DNA of 64,000 bases. Origin: a virus. Shown here piece by piece: positions 29,271-38,275 of this stretch (position 1 is its first letter; the number at the start of each line of letters is the position of its first letter). The notes below the pieces were generated by a model, which was given only the letters and a program-made list of their open reading frames with translations, did not search any database and was not told where the DNA came from. A program made the translations under genes and the position numbers. The stretch covers positions 32,001 to 96,000 of the IMG/VR virus record IMGVR_UViG_3300025288_000012. One strand, written 5' to 3'.

Positions 29271-30269
29271 ATGTGTTTACAGTGTTCTAGGGGAACTAAA
29301 GTGTTCGGTCCAAAGAAGTTAGTGTATACTACAGGCACTGATATACGCGATGTGCTGAAAGAGTTTGACACTGAGTACAGGTCAGCAGTACAGGAACAGT
29401 ACCCAGACATAGTCGTACGGGAGGACAAACTACGGGTGTCCTCCTTCCCCTACTGCGGATTGCGCCACATGTACCGCAGACTAGTGCAGGAAGAAGCCGT
29501 TACAAACTTCGGGGCAGCCTTCTACACAGGTGTGGGTACAGTAACACACGAAGCCATACAACGATGGCTAGGTCATTCAAAGAGGATGCTGGGAAACTGG
29601 AAGTGCAGTTCCGCAAAGTGCAAGGGTAAGAGAGAGTTCTCGTTCAGGAATGTCTGCCCTAAGTGTGGATCAGAAATGCTGTACGAGGAGTTTGAAGTAG
29701 AAGCCTTGAAGCACCTATCGGGGCACCTAGACGGCATCTATAAGGCACGTAATGGGAAATTCTATCTCATAGACTACAAGACTAGCTCAGTTAGAGTGAT
29801 AGGCTCTAACTGGAAGACTAAGATGTTGCCCTACAAGTACAACGTGTTTCAGATAACGGCGTATGCGGCTCTGATAGAACAAGTGTATGACATTGAGATC
29901 AGTGGGTGGATACTTTACTACCTATCTCGGGATAGCCCACTCTACGTTAGTAAGGCTACGGGTGCAAACATAAGTAGTAAGGAGAAACGAGACTATTTGA
30001 GGCGCATGGAAGTATGGGCTGACCACTATGAGCACGTAATGGTCAGAACGAAGAAACTCAGTGACTTGAGCTTCTTAGTGGAGAACAAACCTTGCAAGTG
30101 CATGAAGGACTACAACGAAACCTACAAGGCGTACGATATATGTCCTCTGGCTAAGAACGGTGTGTGCTTCGATAGTGAGAAGCTGAGCACAAAGCTAAAA
30201 GCACTATGGATAGCCAAGCCTGATAACTGGCAGACGTTTAACGCGCCCAAATACTTGGAAAAACTGTAA
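29271..30269 (+). CDS. Cas4-like PD-(D/E)xK exonuclease
   Basis: PYCGLR..GHLDG..LIDYKT..QITAYA plus terminal Cys cluster (CKC..C..C). Confidence 0.75.
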   Translation: MCLQCSRGTKVFGPKKLVYTTGTDIRDVLKEFDTEYRSAVQEQYPDIVVREDKLRVSSFPYCGLRHMYRRLVQEEAVTNFGAAFYTGVGTVTHEAIQRWLGHSKRMLGNWKCSSAKCKGKREFSFRNVCPKCGSEMLYEEFEVEALKHLSGHLDGIYKARNGKFYLIDYKTSSVRVIGSNWKTKMLPYKYNVFQITAYAALIEQVYDIEISGWILYYLSRDSPLYVSKATGANISSKEKRDYLRRMEVWADHYEHVMVRTKKLSDLSFLVENKPCKCMKDYNETYKAYDICPLAKNGVCFDSEKLSTKLKALWIAKPDNWQTFNAPKYLEKL

Positions 30270-30312
30270 AGAAAATGCAGACAATTGCTGGCAAGAGCTA
30301 GGGTATAGACAA

Positions 30313-31746
30313 ATGAAACACAAATACACCACACCGAAAAGTCCTAAAAAAGGTTACGCGTTTGTAGCTGCGGGTACACTGTACCGGAATGCAGGTGGCA
30401 TAAGCGTGTATGTGAAGTACGGTAGTAATGATCCACACAAGATTTCAGTCAAGCAAATGACTGACGAGTACGTGTGGTTCGTGTGTCCCGACCGAGAGCT
30501 GGTCATAGTTCGAGACGGTCAAACGTTAGGCGCGTTCTACCCGTATGGAGATTCGTTCGATGAATGCTACGACTTCAGTCCGTTCAATGACCGTGCAGCC
30601 AAAGGTATGGGTCTGAAGTACATAATGACCAACTTTGTTCATAGTCCTAACTCAAAGAACTGCAGGTTGAAGTCTGAAATCCCTGAAGAGCATCGAATGA
30701 CTGTATTGTCCGATAGCGGTGGACTTCAGCTAGTAGCCCGTAAGGATAAATCTCTAGTGATTGACCCCAGAGACCTTATAACGTTCTACAACAACAACGT
30801 TGACGCGGGCATGGTACTGGACATACCACTTGCAATTGCAGACCGAAAGACTACAATGAGGGCTGCTCGACTTCAGAAAAGGAATAACGAGCTGCTCCTG
30901 AAAATGTCCAAGGGCGTGGAACTGATAAACATATTCCACGGTCACAACGATGAAGAGCGAGCGAAGTACAGAGAGATTGTTGAGAACGAGGCAATACCTA
31001 GAGTTGCATTGGGTGGAGTAGCGTTCAACTCTTTAATGTCTGGTGTAGACCTGATATACTCGTCTATCAATGGTGATCTACGATACAAACAGTACCATGT
31101 GCTGGGTGTATTCCTTGCTGCCCATTTGCCCTTGCTCGTTAAGATAGCAAACACAGGTGAGAATCCAGTTCACATAACGAGTGACAGCACAAGCCATATT
31201 CAAAGTGCGGTCAACAAGGCGTACCACTTCCAGTTCGACATTAACACTACGTCCAAGCGCCTTCCTATAGGTGCCAGATCTACAGTGCCGAACAGCAACA
31301 GGCTGTTACCGTGTCAGTGTGCAGTGTGCAAAGTTATAAAGTACACAGACATACTAGGGTTTGGTGATGGAAGGCACACTACTGAACTTCTTGCGCTCCA
31401 CAATGCACTTGAAATGACCAGGTACACGGATCAGCTTCAGGAAGCTTGTGAGACTTTGCCCAGCAAAGAGTACAACAAACTGGTACGTGAGCAGCTAGGT
31501 AAGAACCCAGCAATAGTTGAATTCACCCATTGTCTGGAGTTCATTGAAATCGCAGCTGAAAACCACGCCAAGGCACGAACAAAGTACGCTGCGATGATTA
31601 ACAAGAGAAAGGCGTCTAAGACAGCGCTTGCACCAAGCAACAGTTTGTTTGGCGATGCGACGCCCGACCTATATGCAAAGAGGCAAGAGCACGTGCTAAC
31701 CTTGATGGGCAAGATGGAACGTATGCTGGACAACCTCGGAGGATGA
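30313..31746 (+). CDS. TGT-fold guanine transglycosylase, DpdA-like
   Basis: SDSGGLQ, MVLD, FHG, ALGG, HVLG, SDSTS and the zinc site CQCAVC..HN in TGT order. Confidence 0.8.
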   Translation: MKHKYTTPKSPKKGYAFVAAGTLYRNAGGISVYVKYGSNDPHKISVKQMTDEYVWFVCPDRELVIVRDGQTLGAFYPYGDSFDECYDFSPFNDRAAKGMGLKYIMTNFVHSPNSKNCRLKSEIPEEHRMTVLSDSGGLQLVARKDKSLVIDPRDLITFYNNNVDAGMVLDIPLAIADRKTTMRAARLQKRNNELLLKMSKGVELINIFHGHNDEERAKYREIVENEAIPRVALGGVAFNSLMSGVDLIYSSINGDLRYKQYHVLGVFLAAHLPLLVKIANTGENPVHITSDSTSHIQSAVNKAYHFQFDINTTSKRLPIGARSTVPNSNRLLPCQCAVCKVIKYTDILGFGDGRHTTELLALHNALEMTRYTDQLQEACETLPSKEYNKLVREQLGKNPAIVEFTHCLEFIEIAAENHAKARTKYAAMINKRKASKTALAPSNSLFGDATPDLYAKRQEHVLTLMGKMERMLDNLGG

Positions 31747-31747
31747 C

Positions 31748-32179
31748 ATGATAGCATTTGATCTCGATGGAGTACTGCAGCCTGATTTGCGATACACGAA
31801 AAACTTCAACCTGGTAGAGGTTAACTCCGTAAGGAATCTAATGATTCCCTTGTACCAACCCAAAGGAAAATGGTGTATCATAACTTCAAGGTCGATGGAG
31901 GATGCAGACGAGATAGCACGGTGGATTGACAAGTCATTTGAAGTTAAACCTGCGCTTGTAGTTCAGTCTTGCAGAGAAGGTGAGATTAGCAGCGTGTACA
32001 AGGCACGCATGTTGGACAGGTACACGAACATAACTGCCTATATTGAGAGTGACCATGAAACTGCTTTGGACATAAAGGCAAACATGGTTCGCAGAGATTG
32101 TGCTATACTGTCATTGACCAATCTATTGGATAGAGCACTTAGCGAATCCATGATTCTCACAACTATATTCGCGGTGTAA
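31748..32179 (+). CDS. HAD-superfamily hydrolase
   Basis: N-terminal FDLDGV, ITSR, YK, YIES. Confidence 0.7.
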   Translation: MIAFDLDGVLQPDLRYTKNFNLVEVNSVRNLMIPLYQPKGKWCIITSRSMEDADEIARWIDKSFEVKPALVVQSCREGEISSVYKARMLDRYTNITAYIESDHETALDIKANMVRRDCAILSLTNLLDRALSESMILTTIFAV

Positions 32180-32182
32180 GCT

Positions 32183-32677
32183 ATGAAAAAATTTCTTGTT
32201 GACTACGCGACCTTCCTTTCGGGTACACGCTCTTTGGCATCTACGTTGGGTAACGTTGGCCTCGTGCTTACGTTGCCTCGAGGTGGTATGTCCTTCGCAC
32301 ACATACTCAGTCTAGAGTGTGGATGTGCCTGCAAAATGCTGGACTTGGATATAAAGAACATCGACCTAGAAAGCTACATCGAGCGTGCTGTTGAAAACAA
32401 AGGGCACATAGTAATAGCTGACGATTCCATAGGGACGGGAGCTACTTACGAACGAATCAAACGGTTGATGGAGTTAATGCCTGTAACTTGGGTGTACGCA
32501 GTGTTCTACGTAGACGGTGCGTTCAACTCCGAAGACAAAGAGATCAAGTACGTCATGAAGACAAATCAATGGGTTGTACTTCCGTATGAGGACCCTGAAC
32601 TGATCGAAGTTGGAAATCAGAATAGCCTGTTTCGCAACGGAACTGATCCGTACCAAGCCACTCGAAGGAAAGGGTAA
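32183..32677 (+). CDS. Type I phosphoribosyltransferase (purine PRTase-like)
   Basis: LPRGG loop, PRPP motif IVIADDSIGTGAT, WVVLPYE. Confidence 0.8.
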   Translation: MKKFLVDYATFLSGTRSLASTLGNVGLVLTLPRGGMSFAHILSLECGCACKMLDLDIKNIDLESYIERAVENKGHIVIADDSIGTGATYERIKRLMELMPVTWVYAVFYVDGAFNSEDKEIKYVMKTNQWVVLPYEDPELIEVGNQNSLFRNGTDPYQATRRKG

Positions 32678-32682
32678 GTAGT

Positions 32683-33609
32683 ATGACTATAACTACCTGT
32701 GTAAGCTGCGGTGGCCGAACAGAGACTCTTCAGTTAGTGCATTGCGATGACTTGGAAGACTTGTGGAAGAGAGAACTTGATCTAGATGTGACATTTGACT
32801 TGCAGTTGCTAAGGCTGCACAAGTGTACACAGTGCGATCTAGTGCAGTACTCTCCGATGGAAAGAGCTATAGGTGACTCCGAGTTCTACGACAAGCTGAC
32901 GTTGAAGACAAAGGATTTCATCTACCCTAAGTACAAAGAAGAATTCAGGGTTATAGGGAAGCTTATAGGTAGAGGTGCGTCGGTATTGGATGTAGGGTGC
33001 GGTAGTGGTGCACTATGGTATCACCTGGATGATGATGTTTCCTACACCGGCATAGACTACAGTGCGGTATCGTGTCAACTTGATCCAGGTGTTGACGGTA
33101 AGATACTGTGCGAATCTCTGAAAGAGCACAGTGAAAACAATGTAAGGCAGTACACTGACGTAGTCATGTCCCAGGTGCTCGAACACGTGGATGACCCCAT
33201 TGGGTTTGTGAGGTGTGCACTCAATACACTTAAAGTTGGTGGAAGCCTGTATATAACTGTACCCAACGGTGATTCTTACTTGAAGTACTTGGTAAACGGT
33301 GCACTAAATTTGCCACCGCACCACGTGTCAATGTGGAATGAGAAGTCTTTGGACACGTTGGCAGAAGGCTTAGGTTTGACTAAAGCCTTTGTGTTTAGGG
33401 AGACACTTCAGGATGTTCATGAGATTGACTTCATGGAAGCATTCCTATACTCCTTTGGATTTTTACGAGAGCCAAAAGAAGCAGTTCGTTGGTCTTTATG
33501 GGCAAGAACTGTAAAAAAATATGCTAGGTATCTAACGTGGCTAATCCCCAATACCAATAGTCAAGTAACGGGCCATTCCATCACCATCCAGTACAGGAAA
33601 ACAACATGA
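32683..33609 (+). CDS. Class I SAM-dependent methyltransferase with N-terminal Zn ribbon
   Basis: CVSC..CTQC; VLDVGCGSG; SQVLEHV; LKVGGSLYITVPN; PPHH. Confidence 0.85.
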   Translation: MTITTCVSCGGRTETLQLVHCDDLEDLWKRELDLDVTFDLQLLRLHKCTQCDLVQYSPMERAIGDSEFYDKLTLKTKDFIYPKYKEEFRVIGKLIGRGASVLDVGCGSGALWYHLDDDVSYTGIDYSAVSCQLDPGVDGKILCESLKEHSENNVRQYTDVVMSQVLEHVDDPIGFVRCALNTLKVGGSLYITVPNGDSYLKYLVNGALNLPPHHVSMWNEKSLDTLAEGLGLTKAFVFRETLQDVHEIDFMEAFLYSFGFLREPKEAVRWSLWARTVKKYARYLTWLIPNTNSQVTGHSITIQYRKTT

Positions 33610-34727
33610 AAAATATTTGGTTGCTAAGTCTTGAACGTGTTCCCACCCGATACACATGGGAATGGGGTACCTTCATCCCTCAGGAGATTCTGCGTCAAGC
33701 AAAGATCCGAGGTATTGAGGAGGTAGTTGTAACTGATGCTGAAAACTACATCCCGTACTCCGGTCTATCCATAGTCGACGTAACGGGTGAGTTGCCGACT
33801 CAGACTGCCTCTACTGGCGGTTTCCTTAACTGGGCAACTACTAACATCTGGAAAAGTTCGCAGCTCAAGAAAGTTGCGGAAATGTTCAACAAAGGGTACG
33901 TAAGGAATGGTGACATTTTCTACGTTACTGACGCATGGAACCCGGGAATACTTCAGATCAAGTACATGAGTGAGTTGCTTGACGTTGACGTGAAGATCAT
34001 GGGCCAGTGGCACGCTGGTGCGCACGATCCTTGGGATTTCCTGGGTCGTAAGATCAAGGACAAGAACTGGGTGTTCGAGCTGGAACGTGCTCTGTTCCAT
34101 GCAATCGACTACAACCTGTTCACTACGAAAGCCTACATTGAAATGTTTGGCTGCAACCTTGGACTTAACATGGAAACACCCAGGGTCATACGGACGGGTT
34201 ATCCCAACAGATACTTGTTGAAGTCTTTACCGAAGTACAAAATTGGAACACGGGACAACAACATCCTGTTCCCTCACCGTATCGCTCCTGAGAAGCAGCT
34301 TGATATTTTCCTAGACCTGGCGAAAGAGTTGCCGCAGTACAACTGGATCGTATGTCAGGACAAACAGCTTTCAAAGGAAGAATACCACACACTGCTGGGT
34401 AACTCCAAGCTTGTGTTCTCGGCAGCGTTGCAAGAGACCTACGGTATTGCCCAGACTGAGGCAATCATTGCAGGTGCAATGTCTCTTAGCCCTGACAGAC
34501 TCAGCTACAGTGAAATGTACTTCGAGGAGTTCCTGTACCCCAGTGAATGGACCTGGGACTTTTCAAGCTACCTCCAGCATAAAGATTCACTGGTGGGTCT
34601 AATAAAGACCATGATGGAGTCGTATGAAGATGAGGCCATGAAAAACTTGATCTCGAAGCAAGAAGACCATCTGGTAGAAAATGACTACTTAGGTGGTGAG
34701 AAAATTTGGAATCTTTTACTTGACTAA
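33606..34727 (+). CDS. GT-B glycosyltransferase (GT4-like)
   Basis: ILFPHR..EKQ..LQETYGIAQTEA (ExxG...E) donor-binding motif. Confidence 0.8.
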   Translation: MKNIWLLSLERVPTRYTWEWGTFIPQEILRQAKIRGIEEVVVTDAENYIPYSGLSIVDVTGELPTQTASTGGFLNWATTNIWKSSQLKKVAEMFNKGYVRNGDIFYVTDAWNPGILQIKYMSELLDVDVKIMGQWHAGAHDPWDFLGRKIKDKNWVFELERALFHAIDYNLFTTKAYIEMFGCNLGLNMETPRVIRTGYPNRYLLKSLPKYKIGTRDNNILFPHRIAPEKQLDIFLDLAKELPQYNWIVCQDKQLSKEEYHTLLGNSKLVFSAALQETYGIAQTEAIIAGAMSLSPDRLSYSEMYFEEFLYPSEWTWDFSSYLQHKDSLVGLIKTMMESYEDEAMKNLISKQEDHLVENDYLGGEKIWNLLLD

Positions 34728-34736
34728 GGCTGATAT

Positions 34737-35693
34737 ATGTCGAACATTATTGTCACGGGCGGTGCAGGTTTTATTGGTGCAGGTCTAGTCAGGAAGTTGT
34801 TGGAACTGCAAGACGTAAAGTCACTGGTAATAGTTGATTCGTTCCTTACAGGCGACGAGCGCAATATTCCAGAAGACTCACGAGTACAAGTCATGCAGAA
34901 GGACGTTATTGAGGTGCAGCCGCAGGACTTTAGTAAGGTGGATCAAATTTACCACCTTGCATGTCCTGCAAGTCCTGTCTGGTACGAGCGTGATCCGGTC
35001 CATACCATCAAGTCTGCCTTCGTCGGAACCTTGAACATGCTCAATGTTGCGAAGGTATACGACGCGAAGATTCTCATTACGTCTACGTCTGAAGTTTACG
35101 GTGATCCTGAAGTGTCTCCGCAAAAAGAGTCGTACAACGGAAACGTACCTATCAATGGAACTCGTTCATGTTACGACGAAGGCAAACGTGCAGCTGAAAG
35201 TCTTGCATTTGACTTCTGGCGTATGTACCGCACTGAAATCAAAATTGCTCGCCTGTTCAACACCTATGGTCCTAAGATGTTGGATAACGATGGAAGGGTA
35301 GTTAGTAACTTCATTGTGCAGTCGTTGAAAGGGCTGCCTGTAACCATCTACGGTGATGGAAGTCAGACTCGTTCGTTCTGCTACATTGACGACACGGTGG
35401 ACTTCCTTATTAAGTTCATGCGCAGTGACCGGCACATTACGGGACCGATAAACGTAGGCAACCCTACCGAGTTCACGATAAAAGATCTGGCAGAGAAAGT
35501 GTCTTCCATGGTAAGCGTCTTAACAGGTTACGCTCCAAAGTTCGTGTTCAACAAACTTCCGAGTGACGATCCGAAGCAACGAAAGCCCGATATCACTAAG
35601 GCTAATGAGTTGCTGGGATGGGCTCCCATAGTTGGCATTGACGAAGGCTTGGAAAAGACCATCAAATATTTCATCACGGAGGGACTGGCATGA
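34737..35693 (+). CDS. UDP-glucuronate decarboxylase / UDP-xylose synthase-like extended SDR
   Basis: TGGAGFIG, HLACPASP, STSEVYGDP, RSCYDEGKRAAE, FNTYGP, DGRVVSNF, DDPKQRKPDI. Confidence 0.88.
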   Translation: MSNIIVTGGAGFIGAGLVRKLLELQDVKSLVIVDSFLTGDERNIPEDSRVQVMQKDVIEVQPQDFSKVDQIYHLACPASPVWYERDPVHTIKSAFVGTLNMLNVAKVYDAKILITSTSEVYGDPEVSPQKESYNGNVPINGTRSCYDEGKRAAESLAFDFWRMYRTEIKIARLFNTYGPKMLDNDGRVVSNFIVQSLKGLPVTIYGDGSQTRSFCYIDDTVDFLIKFMRSDRHITGPINVGNPTEFTIKDLAEKVSSMVSVLTGYAPKFVFNKLPSDDPKQRKPDITKANELLGWAPIVGIDEGLEKTIKYFITEGLA

Positions 35694-36151
35694 CTGAGAA
35701 ACTTGGACAACAGGTTTTCATAGACCCGAGTAAGAAGGACTACTTGGTTAGAATGGACCTTGATACGGTTGGTCTAGGTAAGACTCAACCACTTATCCTT
35801 ACAACCGGCGAGACTCTAATCTTTGTGAAGTTCGCACTTCCGGGTATTCATTGCTACCCCGATGCACCTGATGACGTAAGCTACCTTCGTAGTCCTCACC
35901 GTCACCTATTTCACTTCAAGGTCGGTGTTCCCGTTAACCACGCAAACCGTGAAATCGAGTTCCATCAGTTCTTGAACTGGTGTAAGTCACTTTTCACGGA
36001 GAGCATCCTAGACTTGAGTTACAAGTCCTGTGAAATGATTGCGCAGGACGTAACAAATGCAGTCTTCGGCAAGTATGCAGTAAGCAAATGCGTGGTTGAG
36101 GTCTGGGAAGATGACGAATGTGGAGCAGTGCTAACCACGTCCAGAATCTGA
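35690..36151 (+). CDS. QueD-like T-fold protein (DpdL-type motif)
   Basis: GIHCYP..YLRSPHRHLF..REIEF..SCEMIA..VEVWED; LxxxHRHxF motif. Confidence 0.65.
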   Translation: MTEKLGQQVFIDPSKKDYLVRMDLDTVGLGKTQPLILTTGETLIFVKFALPGIHCYPDAPDDVSYLRSPHRHLFHFKVGVPVNHANREIEFHQFLNWCKSLFTESILDLSYKSCEMIAQDVTNAVFGKYAVSKCVVEVWEDDECGAVLTTSRI

Positions 36152-36454
36152 TAGAAGGGAAGGCATAATGGACATTACGCGCATCCGCAGATAGGTTTTT
36201 GCACCAAACAGCGATGGTGGTCGAAGAAGTAGTGAGTGAGCCAAAAAGCAACCTACGCTACGAAAAAAGAGAAGCTTACGTTTCTAGCCTCTCATAACGC
36301 TTGGTGTGGTAGCTGTGTTAGTCGGATCATTGATCTATGGTCTGGTAAGGGGAAAGCTTCCTATAAAGGACTTAATTAGTCAACTCGGTCCAACAAACAA
36401 GCAGGAATGTTGCTTGGATATTGGGTACGGGACAATCAAACGTAAAGGTTCACC

Positions 36455-38275
36455 ATGATAAACCCAGCAAAATCGAAAAAGACTTCTGGCTTGCCTGATC
36501 CAGTACGGGCTGCAAAAGGTCTTAGCCTCACTAAGTTATGGAGGAGTACTCCAGCTTACTTCAAGAACAAGTCAAGGGATGACGATGTTCGTCTAAAGGC
36601 GTACAAGCTTACCCAGACTAAAGGTGGCATGCCTGCAGTAGTAGCAAAGGCTACCAGTTTAGCGCAACGCCCACCACGTAGTATTCATACCTGTAGCATC
36701 ATAGGTCTGGATAAAGAGGTACCGAAGCTTAGTGCGCAGAAACGTGTTCTGGTTAGTTGTGGGTGCGAATCCTATACGTTCACATGGGAGTATGCGAACT
36801 GGACGTGGGGAGCCTCAAAGATACTGTACTCAAACGGTGATCCTGCAGTTGTGAAGAATCCAGGCAACAAGCCTGGTGTGTGTATTGCAAAAAATGCGCT
36901 AGTAACAACTGAAGAAGGTGAAAAGTTAATACAAGATGTAAAAGAAGGGGATTCTGTTCTTACACTCGAGGGTTATAGAACGGTAATCGCAGCAAGAAAA
37001 ACGGGTATTAAAAAAACTAGGAAAGTAGTTACTTCCGGTGGTCACTCTCTTCGGCTGACTAACGAGCACAAAGTACTTGCTTTCGATACTAGATTTAGAT
37101 GGAAGAAAGTTAAATTTTTGAAATCTGGTGATTTCGTTTTCCAGGAAAAGGCAAAAATACAATCCACGACGTTCTACCAAATAGACTCAGAAGGATTCCT
37201 TGCGGGGCTACTTATAGCCGAGGCAGACGAGTCTGGATACGCACCTGTAGAACCGATGGTGAAATCCCTGCTAGAGAAACACTTCAAGAAAGTTTTTGGA
37301 ACTAGCCCAGCGTATACTAATGCTGAGGCTCAACATATCCAGTTGTCAAACATCGACGAAGTAAGTAAAAAGTTAGGCTTTGTGTATACCGTTTCAGAAA
37401 AACAAAGAATACCTTTAGAGTTTCAGACAAGGGACTTAGACTTTAGAAGGTCCCTTATATATGGTCTGTGGATGGGTGATGGTCACATTGCTGTAGAAGG
37501 TTCTTACGCCTCTTACGGATCGACAAGTTTAGAACTAGCCAGGGATGTGCAAAATATACTCAGGTCGTGCGGAGTCTACTCAAGAATATGGGAAAATGAA
37601 GAATCCACCCTAGACCCCTTATATCACGTAAGAGTTCCACCCTCAAGTATTGGGGCCTTCCTCAGCTGTATTTGGAAGTACAAAAGTACCTTTGAAAAGT
37701 ATGGTAATGGTTCCCCCACTAACGGTGTGGAAAATACTTTAGGGATACCACTGAAAGCCTGGGCTAGATCCGTACGCAAATCAGTATTCAAGGATTTGGT
37801 ACCAGAAGATACGGGCGATACGTATCACCTAATACGCGGAGAAACTACGGATACCGGTAAAGTATTAGCGTACCTAATAGCCAATCATGACCAAGAGTTA
37901 CTAAAGGTCATGCTTCCTGGAAGCTTTAAACCCAGCTACTGCGCTAAAAAAGGGCTAATAACGTATGCCTCCCTACAAGTACGCAGGAAGACTAGTTTAA
38001 GAATGGTTCCATCCTGCCCCGATACCTCTAATCTCAGACTCAAGGAGTGGTTAACTTCCATTAAGGTACCTCATGCGCAGCTTGATATACTTAGAAGTAT
38101 TCTTCGCTCTGGTGCCACAGCCGAAAAGGTCGAAGCAGTTTCGTGGATGGGGAAAAGCGAAGTATATGATCTTGAGATTGAAGGAGCCCATCACTTTCTA
38201 GCTAACGGTTTTGTAGTGCATAACTGTAAGCACTTGGTTGAGCTTATACGAACAGTAATGGAGCGTAAGGACTAA
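36455..38275 (+). CDS. Small SWIM-type Zn-finger protein (~158 aa mature) interrupted by an intein
   Basis: Spliced product contains VSCGC ... PGV|CKHL (CxC..CxH). Confidence 0.75.
   Translation: MINPAKSKKTSGLPDPVRAAKGLSLTKLWRSTPAYFKNKSRDDDVRLKAYKLTQTKGGMPAVVAKATSLAQRPPRSIHTCSIIGLDKEVPKLSAQKRVLVSCGCESYTFTWEYANWTWGASKILYSNGDPAVVKNPGNKPGVCIAKNALVTTEEGEKLIQDVKEGDSVLTLEGYRTVIAARKTGIKKTRKVVTSGGHSLRLTNEHKVLAFDTRFRWKKVKFLKSGDFVFQEKAKIQSTTFYQIDSEGFLAGLLIAEADESGYAPVEPMVKSLLEKHFKKVFGTSPAYTNAEAQHIQLSNIDEVSKKLGFVYTVSEKQRIPLEFQTRDLDFRRSLIYGLWMGDGHIAVEGSYASYGSTSLELARDVQNILRSCGVYSRIWENEESTLDPLYHVRVPPSSIGAFLSCIWKYKSTFEKYGNGSPTNGVENTLGIPLKAWARSVRKSVFKDLVPEDTGDTYHLIRGETTDTGKVLAYLIANHDQELLKVMLPGSFKPSYCAKKGLITYASLQVRRKTSLRMVPSCPDTSNLRLKEWLTSIKVPHAQLDILRSILRSGATAEKVEAVSWMGKSEVYDLEIEGAHHFLANGFVVHNCKHLVELIRTVMERKD
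36881..38224 (+). mobile_element. Intein (448 aa) with LAGLIDADG endonuclease
   Basis: PGV|CIAKNALV..LTNEHKV..FLAGLLIAE, IYGLWMGDG..YDLEIEGAHHFLANGFVVHN|CKH. Confidence 0.92.

Noticed and set aside
36160-36454. Membrane protein or holin between the QueD-like and SWIM genes
   Set aside because: A hydrophobic stretch (LITLGVVAVLVGSLIYGLV) exists but has no in-frame start and is preceded by a stop; at best a remnant.
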